DNA of 63,967 bases from Terrimicrobiaceae bacterium (GCA_041749755.1 JBGTAT010000289.1:1-63967), one strand, 5' to 3'. Positions 16,161-25,211 are shown, numbered from the stretch's first letter. The notes: a model not told the origin generated them from the letters alone. Made by a program: numbers and translations.

Positions 16161-17750
16161 TTATTTTGGACAGGAAGATTTTGAGGTGAGCCACGCCACC
16201 AGCACATACGTGAGCATCGCGGCGAGGGCGAGAGAGAAAAAGACGCCATAGGTTTGGCGGTAGCGGTCGATGTCAAGGGCATGAATGACGCTAACCGTGA
16301 GCGCATTCCCAAACGGGGCCGAGTAAAAAAGGAGGGCGACAAATCCCGGGAGCAGCAGCTCCCGGCGTCCGCGGAAAAGAAATGTGATCAGGAAGAGGGC
16401 TGTGACGGGAAGGGCTAGGACGGCGGTAGCGGAGGCTGCGGGCCGGAGCCAGTTGGGAGCGCGGAGAACATGGGCTTTGGAGCCTGCCACCCGGGCTGCC
16501 TCGATGTGGGCTTGGAGCAGCTCTGAAGCAGGGCCGGGCTCTGTCATGGTCGCCTTCTCGGCGATAGGGGCCGAGCGGGCGTACGCGGTGACAAAATCTT
16601 TTTTGTTGGTGAGGAACGTGTCGTGATCCGGGACGATGAACGTGGTGAGCTGGAAGAGGATTTTTCGAACCATCCCTGCAGGATTGCTAAGCCAGGCATC
16701 CCGGTAGGAGCGGTAGTAAAAGCGTTCGATATCCTTGCCGCTCAGGCCTGCTTCCAGGAGGGGCATGCCGAGAGAGCTGCGATACATCAGGTAGTCGGGA
16801 TCGAAGCCAAGGACGGTATACGTGCCCGGGTTGGAGCGCGCGATGGCCAGCTCGGATTCCAAATTGTCGCGGAAGGATTTTTTCCATGGATACTCGTCCG
16901 TCGAGCCGGCCATCTGGGCGGCGATGAGGTCCGCGTGAATGGTAAATAGAGTCGTAGGGAGGAAGCGCGTCGATGCGGAGTCCGGGACCATCCAGGATTT
17001 GTAGGCGGCGGACATCCCCGCGATGGCGAGGAATCCCAGGGCCGCTGCGGCAAGCGCCTCCTTGCGGCGCGATTTGGAAAACACGATGGCTGCAGCGACC
17101 GGAAGCGAGGTGAACATCATCGCAAACGCCCAGCTGGGTTTGAGGCGGAAGCAGCAGAACGCGAGTAATAAAGAGAGCGCGCCGGCGGCGATGAAGAATG
17201 CCCGGGAGCGTGATGGATCAAAAGCTCCCCGGAGGAAAACGACCGCGCAAGCAAGCTGGGCGAGCCCGAAAACCGCGAAGATGCTCTCCGGCCGCAAGGA
17301 GAGCTCGTAAAACACTGTCGAGGGATTCCACGAGTACAAAGCCAAGGCGATCAGGCCGGGCCAGGGAACAACGACATCGCGAACTCGGCTGGACGGCAGC
17401 AGGTTCCACCAAAGCAGCCAAATCCCCCAAAAGAGAAGAGCGGACAGCACGCCCAGCAGCTGCTGCGCGTAGGCGATGCCGGCGAACCCCTGACCCTGAA
17501 AAAGCGGGAGCAGCAAAAACGAGGGATACAACACCTGCCGTCCGTCGGTCTGCTGAAACGCCTGGCCGTTAAACCACGAGAGGGCCGGATTCAGATAGCC
17601 CCACGTGTCGGGATCCCACAGCGGGCACGGCGGGAGTCCCGCCCGCATCGGCCACCCGGACGCGATGATCAGCAGCGCGCCAAGCGAGGCCCCAAGCATG
17701 ATAAAAAAAGTCGCTCGCCTGGGAAAAGGTGTGCTGAAAGCCAGATTCAT
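16161..17750 (-). CDS. large polytopic membrane protein, GT-C/ArnT-like candidate
   Basis: About 530 aa with at least 10 hydrophobic segments and a soluble loop/domain in the C-terminal third. Sits 3 nt downstream of the GT2 gene start side (operon partner). Start at ATG 17750 or upstream 17795. Confidence 0.55.
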   Translation of the reverse strand: MNLAFSTPFPRRATFFIMLGASLGALLIIASGWPMRAGLPPCPLWDPDTWGYLNPALSWFNGQAFQQTDGRQVLYPSFLLLPLFQGQGFAGIAYAQQLLGVLSALLFWGIWLLWWNLLPSSRVRDVVVPWPGLIALALYSWNPSTVFYELSLRPESIFAVFGLAQLACAVVFLRGAFDPSRSRAFFIAAGALSLLLAFCCFRLKPSWAFAMMFTSLPVAAAIVFSKSRRKEALAAAALGFLAIAGMSAAYKSWMVPDSASTRFLPTTLFTIHADLIAAQMAGSTDEYPWKKSFRDNLESELAIARSNPGTYTVLGFDPDYLMYRSSLGMPLLEAGLSGKDIERFYYRSYRDAWLSNPAGMVRKILFQLTTFIVPDHDTFLTNKKDFVTAYARSAPIAEKATMTEPGPASELLQAHIEAARVAGSKAHVLRAPNWLRPAASATAVLALPVTALFLITFLFRGRRELLLPGFVALLFYSAPFGNALTVSVIHALDIDRYRQTYGVFFSLALAAMLTYVLVAWLTSKSSCPK

Positions 17751-17860
17751 TCCGAAAAGTCGCCAAGGGATAGGTGAACCCGCCCGCAAAAGCAATGCCC
17801 GCGGCCGCCTTCATTTTTTATTGAAAGATTTGAATTCATCCTCCACCTTCGTGGGGTCCG

Positions 17861-18364
17861 ATGAATCCCGTGCTTCCAGATCAGAAATCCGAGCGGCTGT
17901 CGCGCCTGGATATAGAGGCTATTGAGATGTTCATCAGTTTTCTGAAGCTGATCGGGCTGCCGAAGTCGGTGGGGGAGATTTACGGGCTGCTTTTTGTGGC
18001 GACGAAGCCTCTGTCGATGGACGACCTGATTGATCGGCTGCAGATCAGCCTGGGGGCGGCGAGCCAGGGGCTGAAGCTGCTGCGCTCGGTGGGCGCGGTG
18101 AAGGTGGTCTACACGCCCGGCGAGCGGCGGGACCATTATGTGGCCGATCTGGAGCTGAGCAAATTTGCCACGGCGTTTATCAAGGAGGAACTGAACCCGC
18201 GGATGCAGCGGGCGATCGAGCGGATCGAGCGGATGGAGGCCGAGGCGCGCGGGATGGATTCCGAGGAGCAGAAGATCGCATTTCAGCGGATCGAGCGGCT
18301 CAAGCATTGGATGGAGCGCGGGCAGAAGATGATGCCTTGGATTTTAAGATTTTTGGTGAACTGA
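17861..18364 (+). CDS. GbsR/MarR-family winged-helix transcriptional regulator
   Basis: IEMFISFLKLIGLPKSVGEIYGLLFVATKPLSMDDLIDRLQISLGAASQGLKLLRSVGAV matches the GbsR-type HTH pattern. Confidence 0.8.
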   Translation: MNPVLPDQKSERLSRLDIEAIEMFISFLKLIGLPKSVGEIYGLLFVATKPLSMDDLIDRLQISLGAASQGLKLLRSVGAVKVVYTPGERRDHYVADLELSKFATAFIKEELNPRMQRAIERIERMEAEARGMDSEEQKIAFQRIERLKHWMERGQKMMPWILRFLVN

Positions 18365-18494
18365 GGTGCCGGACAGGCACCGCCCTGTGAAAAGCGGGCC
18401 AACAACGGGAAAAATTGCATGGACCAGTGGCAAAAAGCCGCTGATGACCAAAGGCGGCAGCTTGCCCGCAAAGTCTCCCCACTAGAAATTTTTC

Positions 18495-19349
18495 ATGCCA
18501 CCTGCACCCGATCAGACCTGGACGGCCATCGTCACGCCGAAGAAGCCGCTCTTTGACATCCCGTTCCGGGAGATCTGGCGGTACCGCGATCTGGTTTACC
18601 AGTTCGTGAGGAGGGATCTGGTGACCCAGCACAAGCAGACGGTGCTCGGCCCGCTCTGGTTTTTCATCCAGCCGATCGTCTCGAGCGTGGTGATGACGAT
18701 CGTCTTCGGCCGGATCGCGAACCTCCCGACGAACGAGACGCCGAAATTTCTTTTTTACCTGAGCGGGGTGACGATCTGGTACTATTTTTCGGCGGTGCTG
18801 AGCCGGACGTCGAACACGTTCAGCGGGAACGCGCACCTCTTCACGAAGATCTATTTCCCGCGGCTGGCGGTGCCGATCGCGCAGTCGATCGTGGCGATGT
18901 GGCACTTCTGCATCCAGTTCCTGATTTTTCTGGGGTTCTATTTTTATTTCCTGTTTGCCGGCTACCCGATCGAGGCGAGCTACCGGGTGATCATCATTCC
19001 GTTTCTGGTGTTGCAGGCGGCGATGCTGGGGATGGGTTGCGGGTGCCTGATCTCGGCGCTGACCACCCGTTTCCGCGACCTGCAGCTGGCCGTGCCTCCG
19101 GGGATCCAGCTCTGGATGTATGCGAGCTGCGTCTTCTTTCCCCGCTCGATGGTGCCGCCCGACTACCAATGGGTGATGGTGCTCAACCCGGTCGTCGCGA
19201 TCGTCGAGGCATTCCGGTTTGCCATGATGGGCAAGGGGGAGGTCGAGATCTGGCAGTGGCTGGTGAGCGTCGGGATCACGCTCGCCATCTTCTTCATCGG
19301 CCTGATCGAGTTCGGCCGGGCGGAAAAGAATTTTGCGGACACGATTTGA
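18495..19349 (+). CDS. wzm: ABC-2 type polysaccharide export permease (Wzm/TagG-like)
   Basis: [31 protein letters not shown] signature followed by 6 TM segments. Confidence 0.88.
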   Translation: MPPAPDQTWTAIVTPKKPLFDIPFREIWRYRDLVYQFVRRDLVTQHKQTVLGPLWFFIQPIVSSVVMTIVFGRIANLPTNETPKFLFYLSGVTIWYYFSAVLSRTSNTFSGNAHLFTKIYFPRLAVPIAQSIVAMWHFCIQFLIFLGFYFYFLFAGYPIEASYRVIIIPFLVLQAAMLGMGCGCLISALTTRFRDLQLAVPPGIQLWMYASCVFFPRSMVPPDYQWVMVLNPVVAIVEAFRFAMMGKGEVEIWQWLVSVGITLAIFFIGLIEFGRAEKNFADTI

Positions 19350-19357
19350 GTCCCGGC

Positions 19358-20251
19358 ATGAACCACCTGAAGCAACTCGAGTCCGAGAGCATCCACATCC
19401 TGCGCGAGGTGGTCGCCGAGACCGCCCATCCGGTGATGATGTACTCGGTGGGCAAGGACAGCGCCGTGATGCTCCACTTGGCGCGCAAGGCCTTCTATCC
19501 GGCCCGCCCCCCCTTCCCTCTCCTGCACGTGGATACCCGGTGGAAGTTCCGGGACATGTATGAGCTCCGGGACCGGATGGCCGCCGAATCCGGCATGGAC
19601 CTGATCGTGCACATCAACCCCGAGGGCGTGGAGAAGGACATCAACCCGTTCACGCATGGCTCGGAGATCCACACGCACATCATGAAGACGGAGGGCCTCA
19701 AGCAGGCGCTCGAGGAGCACGGCTTCGATGCAGCTTTTGGCGGGGCTCGGAGGGACGAGGAAAAATCCCGCGCCAAGGAGAGGATCTTTTCCTTTCGCTC
19801 CGCCCAGCACCGGTGGGACCCGAAGAACCAGCGGCCCGAGCTCTGGCAGCTTTATAACGCGCGGAAGCGCGCCGGGGAATCGATCCGGGTCTTCCCGCTC
19901 TCAAACTGGACCGAGCTGGATATCTGGCAGTACATCTACCTCGAAAACATTCCGGTGGTGCCGCTCTATTTTGCGGCCCGGCGCCCGGTCGTCGAGCGCG
20001 ACGGCACGCTGATCATGGTCGATGACGAGCGGTTCCCGCTCCAGCCCGGAGAGGTGCCCATGGAAAAAACCGTGCGCTTTCGCACGCTCGGATGTTACCC
20101 GCTCACCGGCGCGGTCGAGTCCGGGGCGGCCACGCTTCCGGCGATCATCCAGGAGATGCTCGTGGCCAGGACGTCCGAGCGCCAGGGTCGGGTGATCGAT
20201 CAGGATGCGCAGGCTTCGATGGAAAAGAAAAAGCAGGAGGGGTATTTCTGA
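19358..20251 (+). CDS. cysD: sulfate adenylyltransferase subunit 2
   Basis: [18 protein letters not shown]..., PP-loop [12 protein letters not shown] is 8 nt after the wzm stop; the ORF-track extension to 18899 is rejected. Confidence 0.93.
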   Translation: MNHLKQLESESIHILREVVAETAHPVMMYSVGKDSAVMLHLARKAFYPARPPFPLLHVDTRWKFRDMYELRDRMAAESGMDLIVHINPEGVEKDINPFTHGSEIHTHIMKTEGLKQALEEHGFDAAFGGARRDEEKSRAKERIFSFRSAQHRWDPKNQRPELWQLYNARKRAGESIRVFPLSNWTELDIWQYIYLENIPVVPLYFAARRPVVERDGTLIMVDDERFPLQPGEVPMEKTVRFRTLGCYPLTGAVESGAATLPAIIQEMLVARTSERQGRVIDQDAQASMEKKKQEGYF

Positions 20252-22188
20252 TGGCATCCGAATTTCTCGATATCGAGCAGTACCTCGACACCCACCTGCA
20301 GAAGCAGCAGCTTCGGTTCATCACCTGCGGGAGCGTGGACGATGGGAAAAGCACGCTGATCGGGCGACTGCTCTTCGAGTCGCACATGCTCTTTGAGGAC
20401 CAGCTGGCCGCCGTCGAGGCCGACTCAAAAAAGTTCGGAACCCAGGGGGACGATATCGACTTTGCGCTTCTGGTCGACGGCCTCTCCGCCGAGCGCGAGC
20501 AGGGGATCACGATCGACGTCGCGTACCGGTTTTTCTCGACCGAGAAGCGAAAGTTTATCGTGGCCGACACGCCCGGCCACGAGCAGCACACGCGGAATAT
20601 GGTCACCGGGGCCTCGACCGCCGACGCCGCGATCCTTCTGGTGGACGCCCGCAAGGGGATCCTCACGCAGACCCGCAGGCATAGCTTTCTGGCCTCGCTC
20701 CTTGGGATCCGGAACATTGTCGTCGCGGTCAATAAGATGGACCTTATCGGATTCCAGGAATCCCGCTTCCTCGAAATCTGCGGGGATTTCCGCGAGTTCG
20801 CCGGGCGGATCGGCTTGGAGAACGTGACGTTTATTCCGATCTCCGCCCTGCGCGGGGACAACATCGTTGAGCCGAGCCAGGAGATGCCGTGGTTCCATGG
20901 CCCGACGCTGCTCGCCTATCTCGAGACAGTCGAGATCGACGAGGTCCGGCTCCGCAGCGCTCCGTTCCGCCTCCCCGTCCAATGGGTCAACCGCCCGGAC
21001 CTCGCGTTCCGCGGGTTTGCCGGAATGATCGCCGGCGGCCACATCGCTCCCGGCGACAGGATCCGCGTCCAGCCGTCCGGAAAGATGAGCCGCGTAGCGC
21101 GGATCGTCACGTCCGGGGGAGACCTTCCCGAGGCCGTGGCCGGCCAGTCGGTCACGCTGACCTTGCAGGATGAGATCGACATCTCGCGCGGCGACGTCAT
21201 CTCGGCCGCCGACGAACCCGCCGAGGTCGCCGACCAATTTGAGGTAGCGCTCGTGTGGATGCAGGAGGAGCCGATGCTCCCGGGGCGGTCGTACCTCATG
21301 AAGGTCGGGACCATGATGGCCGCAGCCTCGGTGACGGAGATCAAATACGAGGCCCAGGTCAACACGCTCGAACACGTCGCATCGAAAAAGCTCGAGCTTA
21401 ACGCCATCGGCATCTGCAACATCACGGTCGACCGCCCGATCGCCTTTGATGCCTACTCAACGAACCGGCAGACCGGCGGGTTCATCCTCATCGACCGCTT
21501 CACCAACAATACCGTCGGGGCCGGGATGATCCACTTTGCCCTGCGCCGCTCGCACAACATCCACCTCCAGCACATCGATGTGGACAAGGCGGCCCGGGCC
21601 GCGATCAAAAATCAAAGCCCGTGCGTCCTCTGGTTCACCGGGCTCTCCGGCTCCGGAAAATCCACCATCGCCAACCTCGTCGAAAAGCGACTGCACGCGC
21701 TCGGCCGCCACACCTACCTCCTCGACGGCGACAACGTGCGCCACGGGCTCAACCGGAACCTCGGGTTCACCCCGGAGGACCGCGTGGAAAACATCCGGCG
21801 CGTCGGCGAGGTTGCGAAGCTCATGGTCGACGCCGGGCTCATCGTCCTCACCGCGTTCATCTCGCCGTTCCGCGCGGAGCGGCGGATCGCCCGCGACCTC
21901 GTCGCTGCAAACGAATTTATCGAGATCTTCGTGGACACCCCGCTCGAGGTCGCCGAGCAGCGGGATCCCAAGGGGCTCTACAAAAAAGCGAGGTCCGGGG
22001 AGCTCAAAAACTTCACCGGCATCGACTCCCCGTACGAGCGCCCGGAGGCCCCGGAAATCCGCCTCGAAAGCGGCTCCTGCACCGCCGAACAAGCCGCCGA
22101 CCAGGTCTTCGAATTTCTAAAGGCCAACCATTACATCACGCAGACGGATTTGACGCAGGCTGTGCGCTGTGTTACACAGAGCACATGA
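20251..22188 (+). CDS. cysNC: bifunctional sulfate adenylyltransferase subunit 1 / adenylylsulfate kinase
   Basis: GTPase motifs [16 protein letters not shown] and NKMD. C-terminal APS kinase P-loop [14 protein letters not shown]. The ATG shares 1 nt with the cysD TGA. Confidence 0.93.
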   Translation: MASEFLDIEQYLDTHLQKQQLRFITCGSVDDGKSTLIGRLLFESHMLFEDQLAAVEADSKKFGTQGDDIDFALLVDGLSAEREQGITIDVAYRFFSTEKRKFIVADTPGHEQHTRNMVTGASTADAAILLVDARKGILTQTRRHSFLASLLGIRNIVVAVNKMDLIGFQESRFLEICGDFREFAGRIGLENVTFIPISALRGDNIVEPSQEMPWFHGPTLLAYLETVEIDEVRLRSAPFRLPVQWVNRPDLAFRGFAGMIAGGHIAPGDRIRVQPSGKMSRVARIVTSGGDLPEAVAGQSVTLTLQDEIDISRGDVISAADEPAEVADQFEVALVWMQEEPMLPGRSYLMKVGTMMAAASVTEIKYEAQVNTLEHVASKKLELNAIGICNITVDRPIAFDAYSTNRQTGGFILIDRFTNNTVGAGMIHFALRRSHNIHLQHIDVDKAARAAIKNQSPCVLWFTGLSGSGKSTIANLVEKRLHALGRHTYLLDGDNVRHGLNRNLGFTPEDRVENIRRVGEVAKLMVDAGLIVLTAFISPFRAERRIARDLVAANEFIEIFVDTPLEVAEQRDPKGLYKKARSGELKNFTGIDSPYERPEAPEIRLESGSCTAEQAADQVFEFLKANHYITQTDLTQAVRCVTQST

Positions 22189-22409
22189 AAACAATTTCGC
22201 TGACCGAGTCGGCCTACCAGCGATTGCTCTCTTGGAAGAACGGACAAACCTTCTCCGAGGTGGTCGAGCGGATGATTCCGAGCAAGGGCACTCTGGGCGC
22301 TGCGCTCGATGCGGCGAAGACCCTGCCCGCTTTCACGGAAGACGAATTTGAGCAGCTTGAACAGGCCATCAACGCCTCGCGCGGGAAGCTCCCTTCCACA
22401 TGGAGCTGA
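22185..22409 (+). CDS. VapB-type antitoxin (putative-antitoxin/DUF217-like)
   Basis: [30 protein letters not shown] is typical of this antitoxin family. The ATG overlaps the cysNC stop (ATGA) and its 3' end overlaps vapC by 10 nt. Confidence 0.75.
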   Translation: MKTISLTESAYQRLLSWKNGQTFSEVVERMIPSKGTLGAALDAAKTLPAFTEDEFEQLEQAINASRGKLPSTWS

Positions 22410-22807
22410 TCGCCGATACGACAGTTCTCATCGACCTGTGGCGCTTCCGAAAGCAGCGGAGCCGTATTTCAGATCTGGTAGAAAAAGTTGGAGACTCCTC
22501 CCTCGTCGTTCCCTGGATCACGCAGGCCGAATTTTCACGAGGGGCGGTCTTCAAAGGGGTGCCGCTGACGGAACTGGAAAAATTTTACGAAGGATTCCTC
22601 CACCAGAGGCTGGAGCAAGAGACCATTAATATTTACTGCCGCCTCTGGGCGGAGATGGCACGCCTGGGGAAGGCCCCCGATTACCCGGACCTCTGGATCA
22701 CTGCCTGCGCTATCAACCGCGGAGTCGCTCTGCTCACCAGAAATCCCAACCACTTTAAGCGAATCCCCCGTCTCGACGTCGTGAGCTACCAGCTTTCTTT
22801 ACCCTGA
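22400..22807 (+). CDS. vapC: type II toxin VapC (PIN domain)
   Basis: N-terminal IADTTVLID acidic residue and C-terminal LWITACAINRGVALLTRNPNHF PIN pattern. Confidence 0.85.
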   Translation: MELIADTTVLIDLWRFRKQRSRISDLVEKVGDSSLVVPWITQAEFSRGAVFKGVPLTELEKFYEGFLHQRLEQETINIYCRLWAEMARLGKAPDYPDLWITACAINRGVALLTRNPNHFKRIPRLDVVSYQLSLP

Positions 22808-22864
22808 GGCAGGTGATGAGCCCTAAGGAGCCATCCAGAATTTGACTTAGTCCAGGTTCATTCC

Positions 22865-23118
22865 ATGACCGTTACTGTGCACGAAGCAGAAACCATTTGT
22901 CCCGGATTCTGCACGCCGTGGAAGCTGGGGAGGAGGTTCTCGTGTGCCGCGGGAAGCAGCTTGTTGCAAAGATGATTCCCGTCACGGCGGTCGCCAAAAA
23001 GCATCCGCCTGTCGGGGTCCCGACATCCGCGGGTTTTGAAATTCCTTCGGATGCGTTCGCTCCGATGAGCGAAGAGGAATTGAAGGGATGGGGGCGCATT
23101 TTCGAAAGTTGCAAATAG
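22865..23118 (+). pseudogene. frameshifted Phd/YefM-type antitoxin remnant, 3' end formed by MITE copy C
   Basis: ATG 22865 gives MTVTVHEAET. The expected continuation HLSRILHAVEAGEEVLVCRGKQLVAKMIPV is in the -1 frame from about 22895 (one nt missing in GAAACC-ATTTG). The last codons GRIFESCK-stop lie inside the MITE left terminus. Confidence 0.7.
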
Positions 23119-23245
23119 CAGGGAGAACAGGCGTCTCGCCTGTTTGGAGACTGGCTTTCGCTGACAAATCAACGCCCACACGGGCGGCACGCCCATGCTC
23201 CCTGGGGGTCCTGTCGCTCCGGTTGCAACTCTCGGAGATGCGCCC
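23092..23245. mobile_element. MITE-like palindromic element, copy C
   Basis: Termini are GGGCGCATTTTCGAAAGTTGCA (23092-23113) and TGCAACTCTCGGAGATGCGCCC (23224-23245), 19/22 complementary. Internal hairpin AACAGGCG-tct-CGCCTGTT (23126-23144). Confidence 0.7.
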
Positions 23246-23350
23246 TGGGGATTGTGAGCAGGTTTCTTTTGGACACATTCATTTCGATCGCCATCATCAG
23301 TCCGGACGCGCCATTCAAGAGCTACGGCTGCAAAACAATTTGGTAAAGTT

Positions 23351-23560
23351 GTGAGTCACCAACTCAGGGCCGAAGAGCTTCAAAAGGAGCTGATCAGGAA
23401 AATGACGCCAGGCCAGCGCCTTTCAGCCGCCCAGGCGCTTTACGAGACGGCATGGGAAATTAAGAAGAGCGGGCTCCGGTCATTGCACCCCGATTGGACG
23501 GAGGAGGCGATTCAGGCCAAGACCCGCAAAGTTTTTTTGACAGGATATGCAGGAGATTAA
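23351..23560 (+). CDS. small hypothetical protein, candidate antitoxin partner of the downstream nucleotidyltransferase
   Basis: 69 aa with a GTG start. Overlaps the next gene by 14 nt. No recognised domain. Confidence 0.45.
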   Translation: MSHQLRAEELQKELIRKMTPGQRLSAAQALYETAWEIKKSGLRSLHPDWTEEAIQAKTRKVFLTGYAGD

Positions 23561-24098
23561 CCTCATCACCAATAGGCTGGAATCCGCCCGGATCCCGTAT
23601 TGCATCGTGGGGGGGCTTGCGGCGATCGCCTACGGTCGGCCCCGCTTGACTCTGGATGCCGATCTTGTTCTCGCGCTTGGGCCAGGTCATATCAAAGCCC
23701 TCGTCAGCGCGTTCCCCATCGAAGATTTCTATCTGCCCCCGGAGGAGGTTCTTCATGCGGAAATCCAAAGGGAGTCGCGGGGGCATTTCAATATTATCCA
23801 CCAGCACAGCGCGTTGCGCGCCGACTGTTACCTGCCTGGCAAAAGCCCGCTTGCGCGCTGGGAGCTCGCCAACCGGCGAAAGTTGGAAGGCCCGTTCGGC
23901 GGGGGATGGTTCGCCCCGCCGGAAGCAGTGATCGTCAACAAGCTGCTCTTTTTCCGTGAAGGCAGATCGCAGAAGCACTTGGATGATATCGCGGCGATCC
24001 TGGATGCGGGATCCGTTCCAAACCGTTCGGAGCTTCTCCGTTGGATCAACGAACTCGGCCTTGAACCCGAATGGGAGCTCATCTCCCAAAACCAATAA
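23547..24098 (+). CDS. minimal nucleotidyltransferase-fold protein (AbiEii/MenT/MNT-like candidate)
   Basis: IPYCIVGGLAAIAYGRPRLTLDADLVL gives a GG...DxD pattern typical of Pol-beta-type NTases. 183 aa. Confidence 0.6.
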   Translation: MQEINLITNRLESARIPYCIVGGLAAIAYGRPRLTLDADLVLALGPGHIKALVSAFPIEDFYLPPEEVLHAEIQRESRGHFNIIHQHSALRADCYLPGKSPLARWELANRRKLEGPFGGGWFAPPEAVIVNKLLFFREGRSQKHLDDIAAILDAGSVPNRSELLRWINELGLEPEWELISQNQ

Positions 24099-24121
24099 CG
24101 CCCGGAAATAGAGGAAAGAAC

Positions 24122-24140
24122 TGGACAGTCATTCTGTCCA
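24122..24140. promoter_or_regulatory. inverted repeat TGGACAG-n5-CTGTCCA upstream of yefM (candidate TA operator)
   Basis: Read directly from the sequence, 17 nt upstream of the yefM ATG. YefM-YoeB modules are classically autoregulated at palindromes. Confidence 0.4.
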
Positions 24141-24156
24141 TGTTTAAGATCCGTCC

Positions 24157-24432
24157 ATGAGTTCGATCACCTACACTGAAGCGAGGGAGAATCTGGCGAC
24201 GGTCTGGGATCAAACCGTGGCTACACGCGAGCCGGTTGTCATTTCGCGGCGGGGTTCGGAATCCGTCGTGATGATGCCGGTCGACGAGTGGGAAGGCCTT
24301 GTGGAGACGGCGCACCTGCTCAGGTCGCCGGCGAACGCCAAGCGCCTGCTGGCAGCCCTCCTGCGACTGGAAGCCGGCGAAGGAGATTCCCTCACTCCGA
24401 CCGAGCTGCGCGCCCGTTTGCCGATCACATGA
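24157..24432 (+). CDS. yefM: type II antitoxin Phd/YefM family
   Basis: MSSITYTEARENLATVWDQTVATREPVVISRRGSESVVMMPVDEWEGLVETAHLLRSPANAKRL is a canonical YefM pattern. Confidence 0.9.
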   Translation: MSSITYTEARENLATVWDQTVATREPVVISRRGSESVVMMPVDEWEGLVETAHLLRSPANAKRLLAALLRLEAGEGDSLTPTELRARLPIT

Positions 24433-24686
24433 ATGAGCTGGTCTTCGACCGCGATTTTCTTGAGGACCTGGCCTGGTGGGTCGCGATGGATCGGAAGACA
24501 GCGCTGAAAATCTTCGAGCTCATCGAGGCGATCCGCCGGGATCCGACCTCCGGCTTAGGAAAGCCTGAACCCCTGAAACACCTGGGGAGCGGAGTCTGGT
24601 CCCGTCGGATCACCCAGGAGCACCGGCTGGTGTATCGTGTCGCCGGCAGCCGGATCCTCTTCGCCCAAGCACGCTACCACTACTGA
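24429..24686 (+). CDS. yoeB: Txe/YoeB family toxin
   Basis: GLGKPEPLKHLGSGVWSRRITQEHRLVYRV...ILFAQARYHY. The ATG overlaps the yefM stop (ATGA). Confidence 0.9.
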   Translation: MNELVFDRDFLEDLAWWVAMDRKTALKIFELIEAIRRDPTSGLGKPEPLKHLGSGVWSRRITQEHRLVYRVAGSRILFAQARYHY

Positions 24687-25211
24687 AACTTCTCCCAGTT
24701 TCAGGTCTCAAGTTTCACCCTTGTCCAGCAGAAAAGCGAAAAGCTAAAAGTGAAAAGCTAAAACAAATTCATGGCCAAAACGGAGCTTGAAGACCGGTCC
24801 AAGAAATTTGCGCTCGCGATCATTGATCTTGTGGAAAATCTGCCTCGAAATCGAGCGGGGCAGGTTGTAGGAAATCAGCTTCTGAGATCGGCCACTTCCG
24901 TTGGAGCAAATTATCGTGAGGCCAACCGAGGGGTATCGCGCGACGACTTTATCAACAAGACTGGAATCGCTGCTAAGGAAGCGTCTGAGTCGGAATTCTG
25001 GCTTGAGTTGATATGCGAATCACCCCACCTGAAGACCAGCGGGTCCGCGAACCTTCTTCAAGAATCCCGTGAAATCCTCGCCATCCTGACGACCATCGGG
25101 AAAAACGCGAAAATGAACCGCCCGTAAAGTTTCCGCCCTTCCCCCTTCCCCTTTCCCCTTTCCGCTTTTCGCTTTCCGCCTTCAGCTTTCAAGTTTCCTC
25201 TTTCCCACACC
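24687..25211. repeat. purine-rich / pyrimidine-rich flanks bracketing the four-helix-bundle gene
   Basis: Left flank is purine-rich (GAAAAGCGAAAAGCTAAAAGTGAAAAGC). Right flank is about 80 nt and almost all pyrimidine. A perfect 12-bp inverted pair is AAAGCGAAAAGC (24733-24744) / GCTTTTCGCTTT (25164-25175). The direct 9-mer TCAAGTTTC occurs at 24708 and 25189. Confidence 0.7.
24771..25127 (+). CDS. four-helix-bundle protein (23S rRNA intervening-sequence protein family)
   Basis: FALAIIDLVENLPRNRAGQVVGNQLLRSATSVGANYREANRGVSRDDFINKTGIAAKEASESEFWLELI is the family signature. Confidence 0.88.
   Translation: MAKTELEDRSKKFALAIIDLVENLPRNRAGQVVGNQLLRSATSVGANYREANRGVSRDDFINKTGIAAKEASESEFWLELICESPHLKTSGSANLLQESREILAILTTIGKNAKMNRP

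Noticed and set aside
18365-18494. Hairpin GGTGCC-ggaca-GGCACC right after the GbsR-type regulator stop, considered as a terminator. Also the GCCGCT-ggaa-AGCGGC hairpin after the methyltransferase stop at about 27588.
   Set aside because: The stems are short (6 bp) with no following U-tract. Evidence is insufficient to call rho-independent terminators.
18899-19357. Long N-terminal extensions in the ORF track: cysD from 18899, cysNC from 20092, vapB from 21621, the membrane protein from 35204, the methyltransferase from 48192, the cytidylyltransferase from 50731, HAD from 54073 and the AEC transporter from 10637.
   Set aside because: The extensions overlap the preceding confident gene in another frame. 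The family-typical N-termini begin at internal ATGs located at or next to the upstream stop codon.
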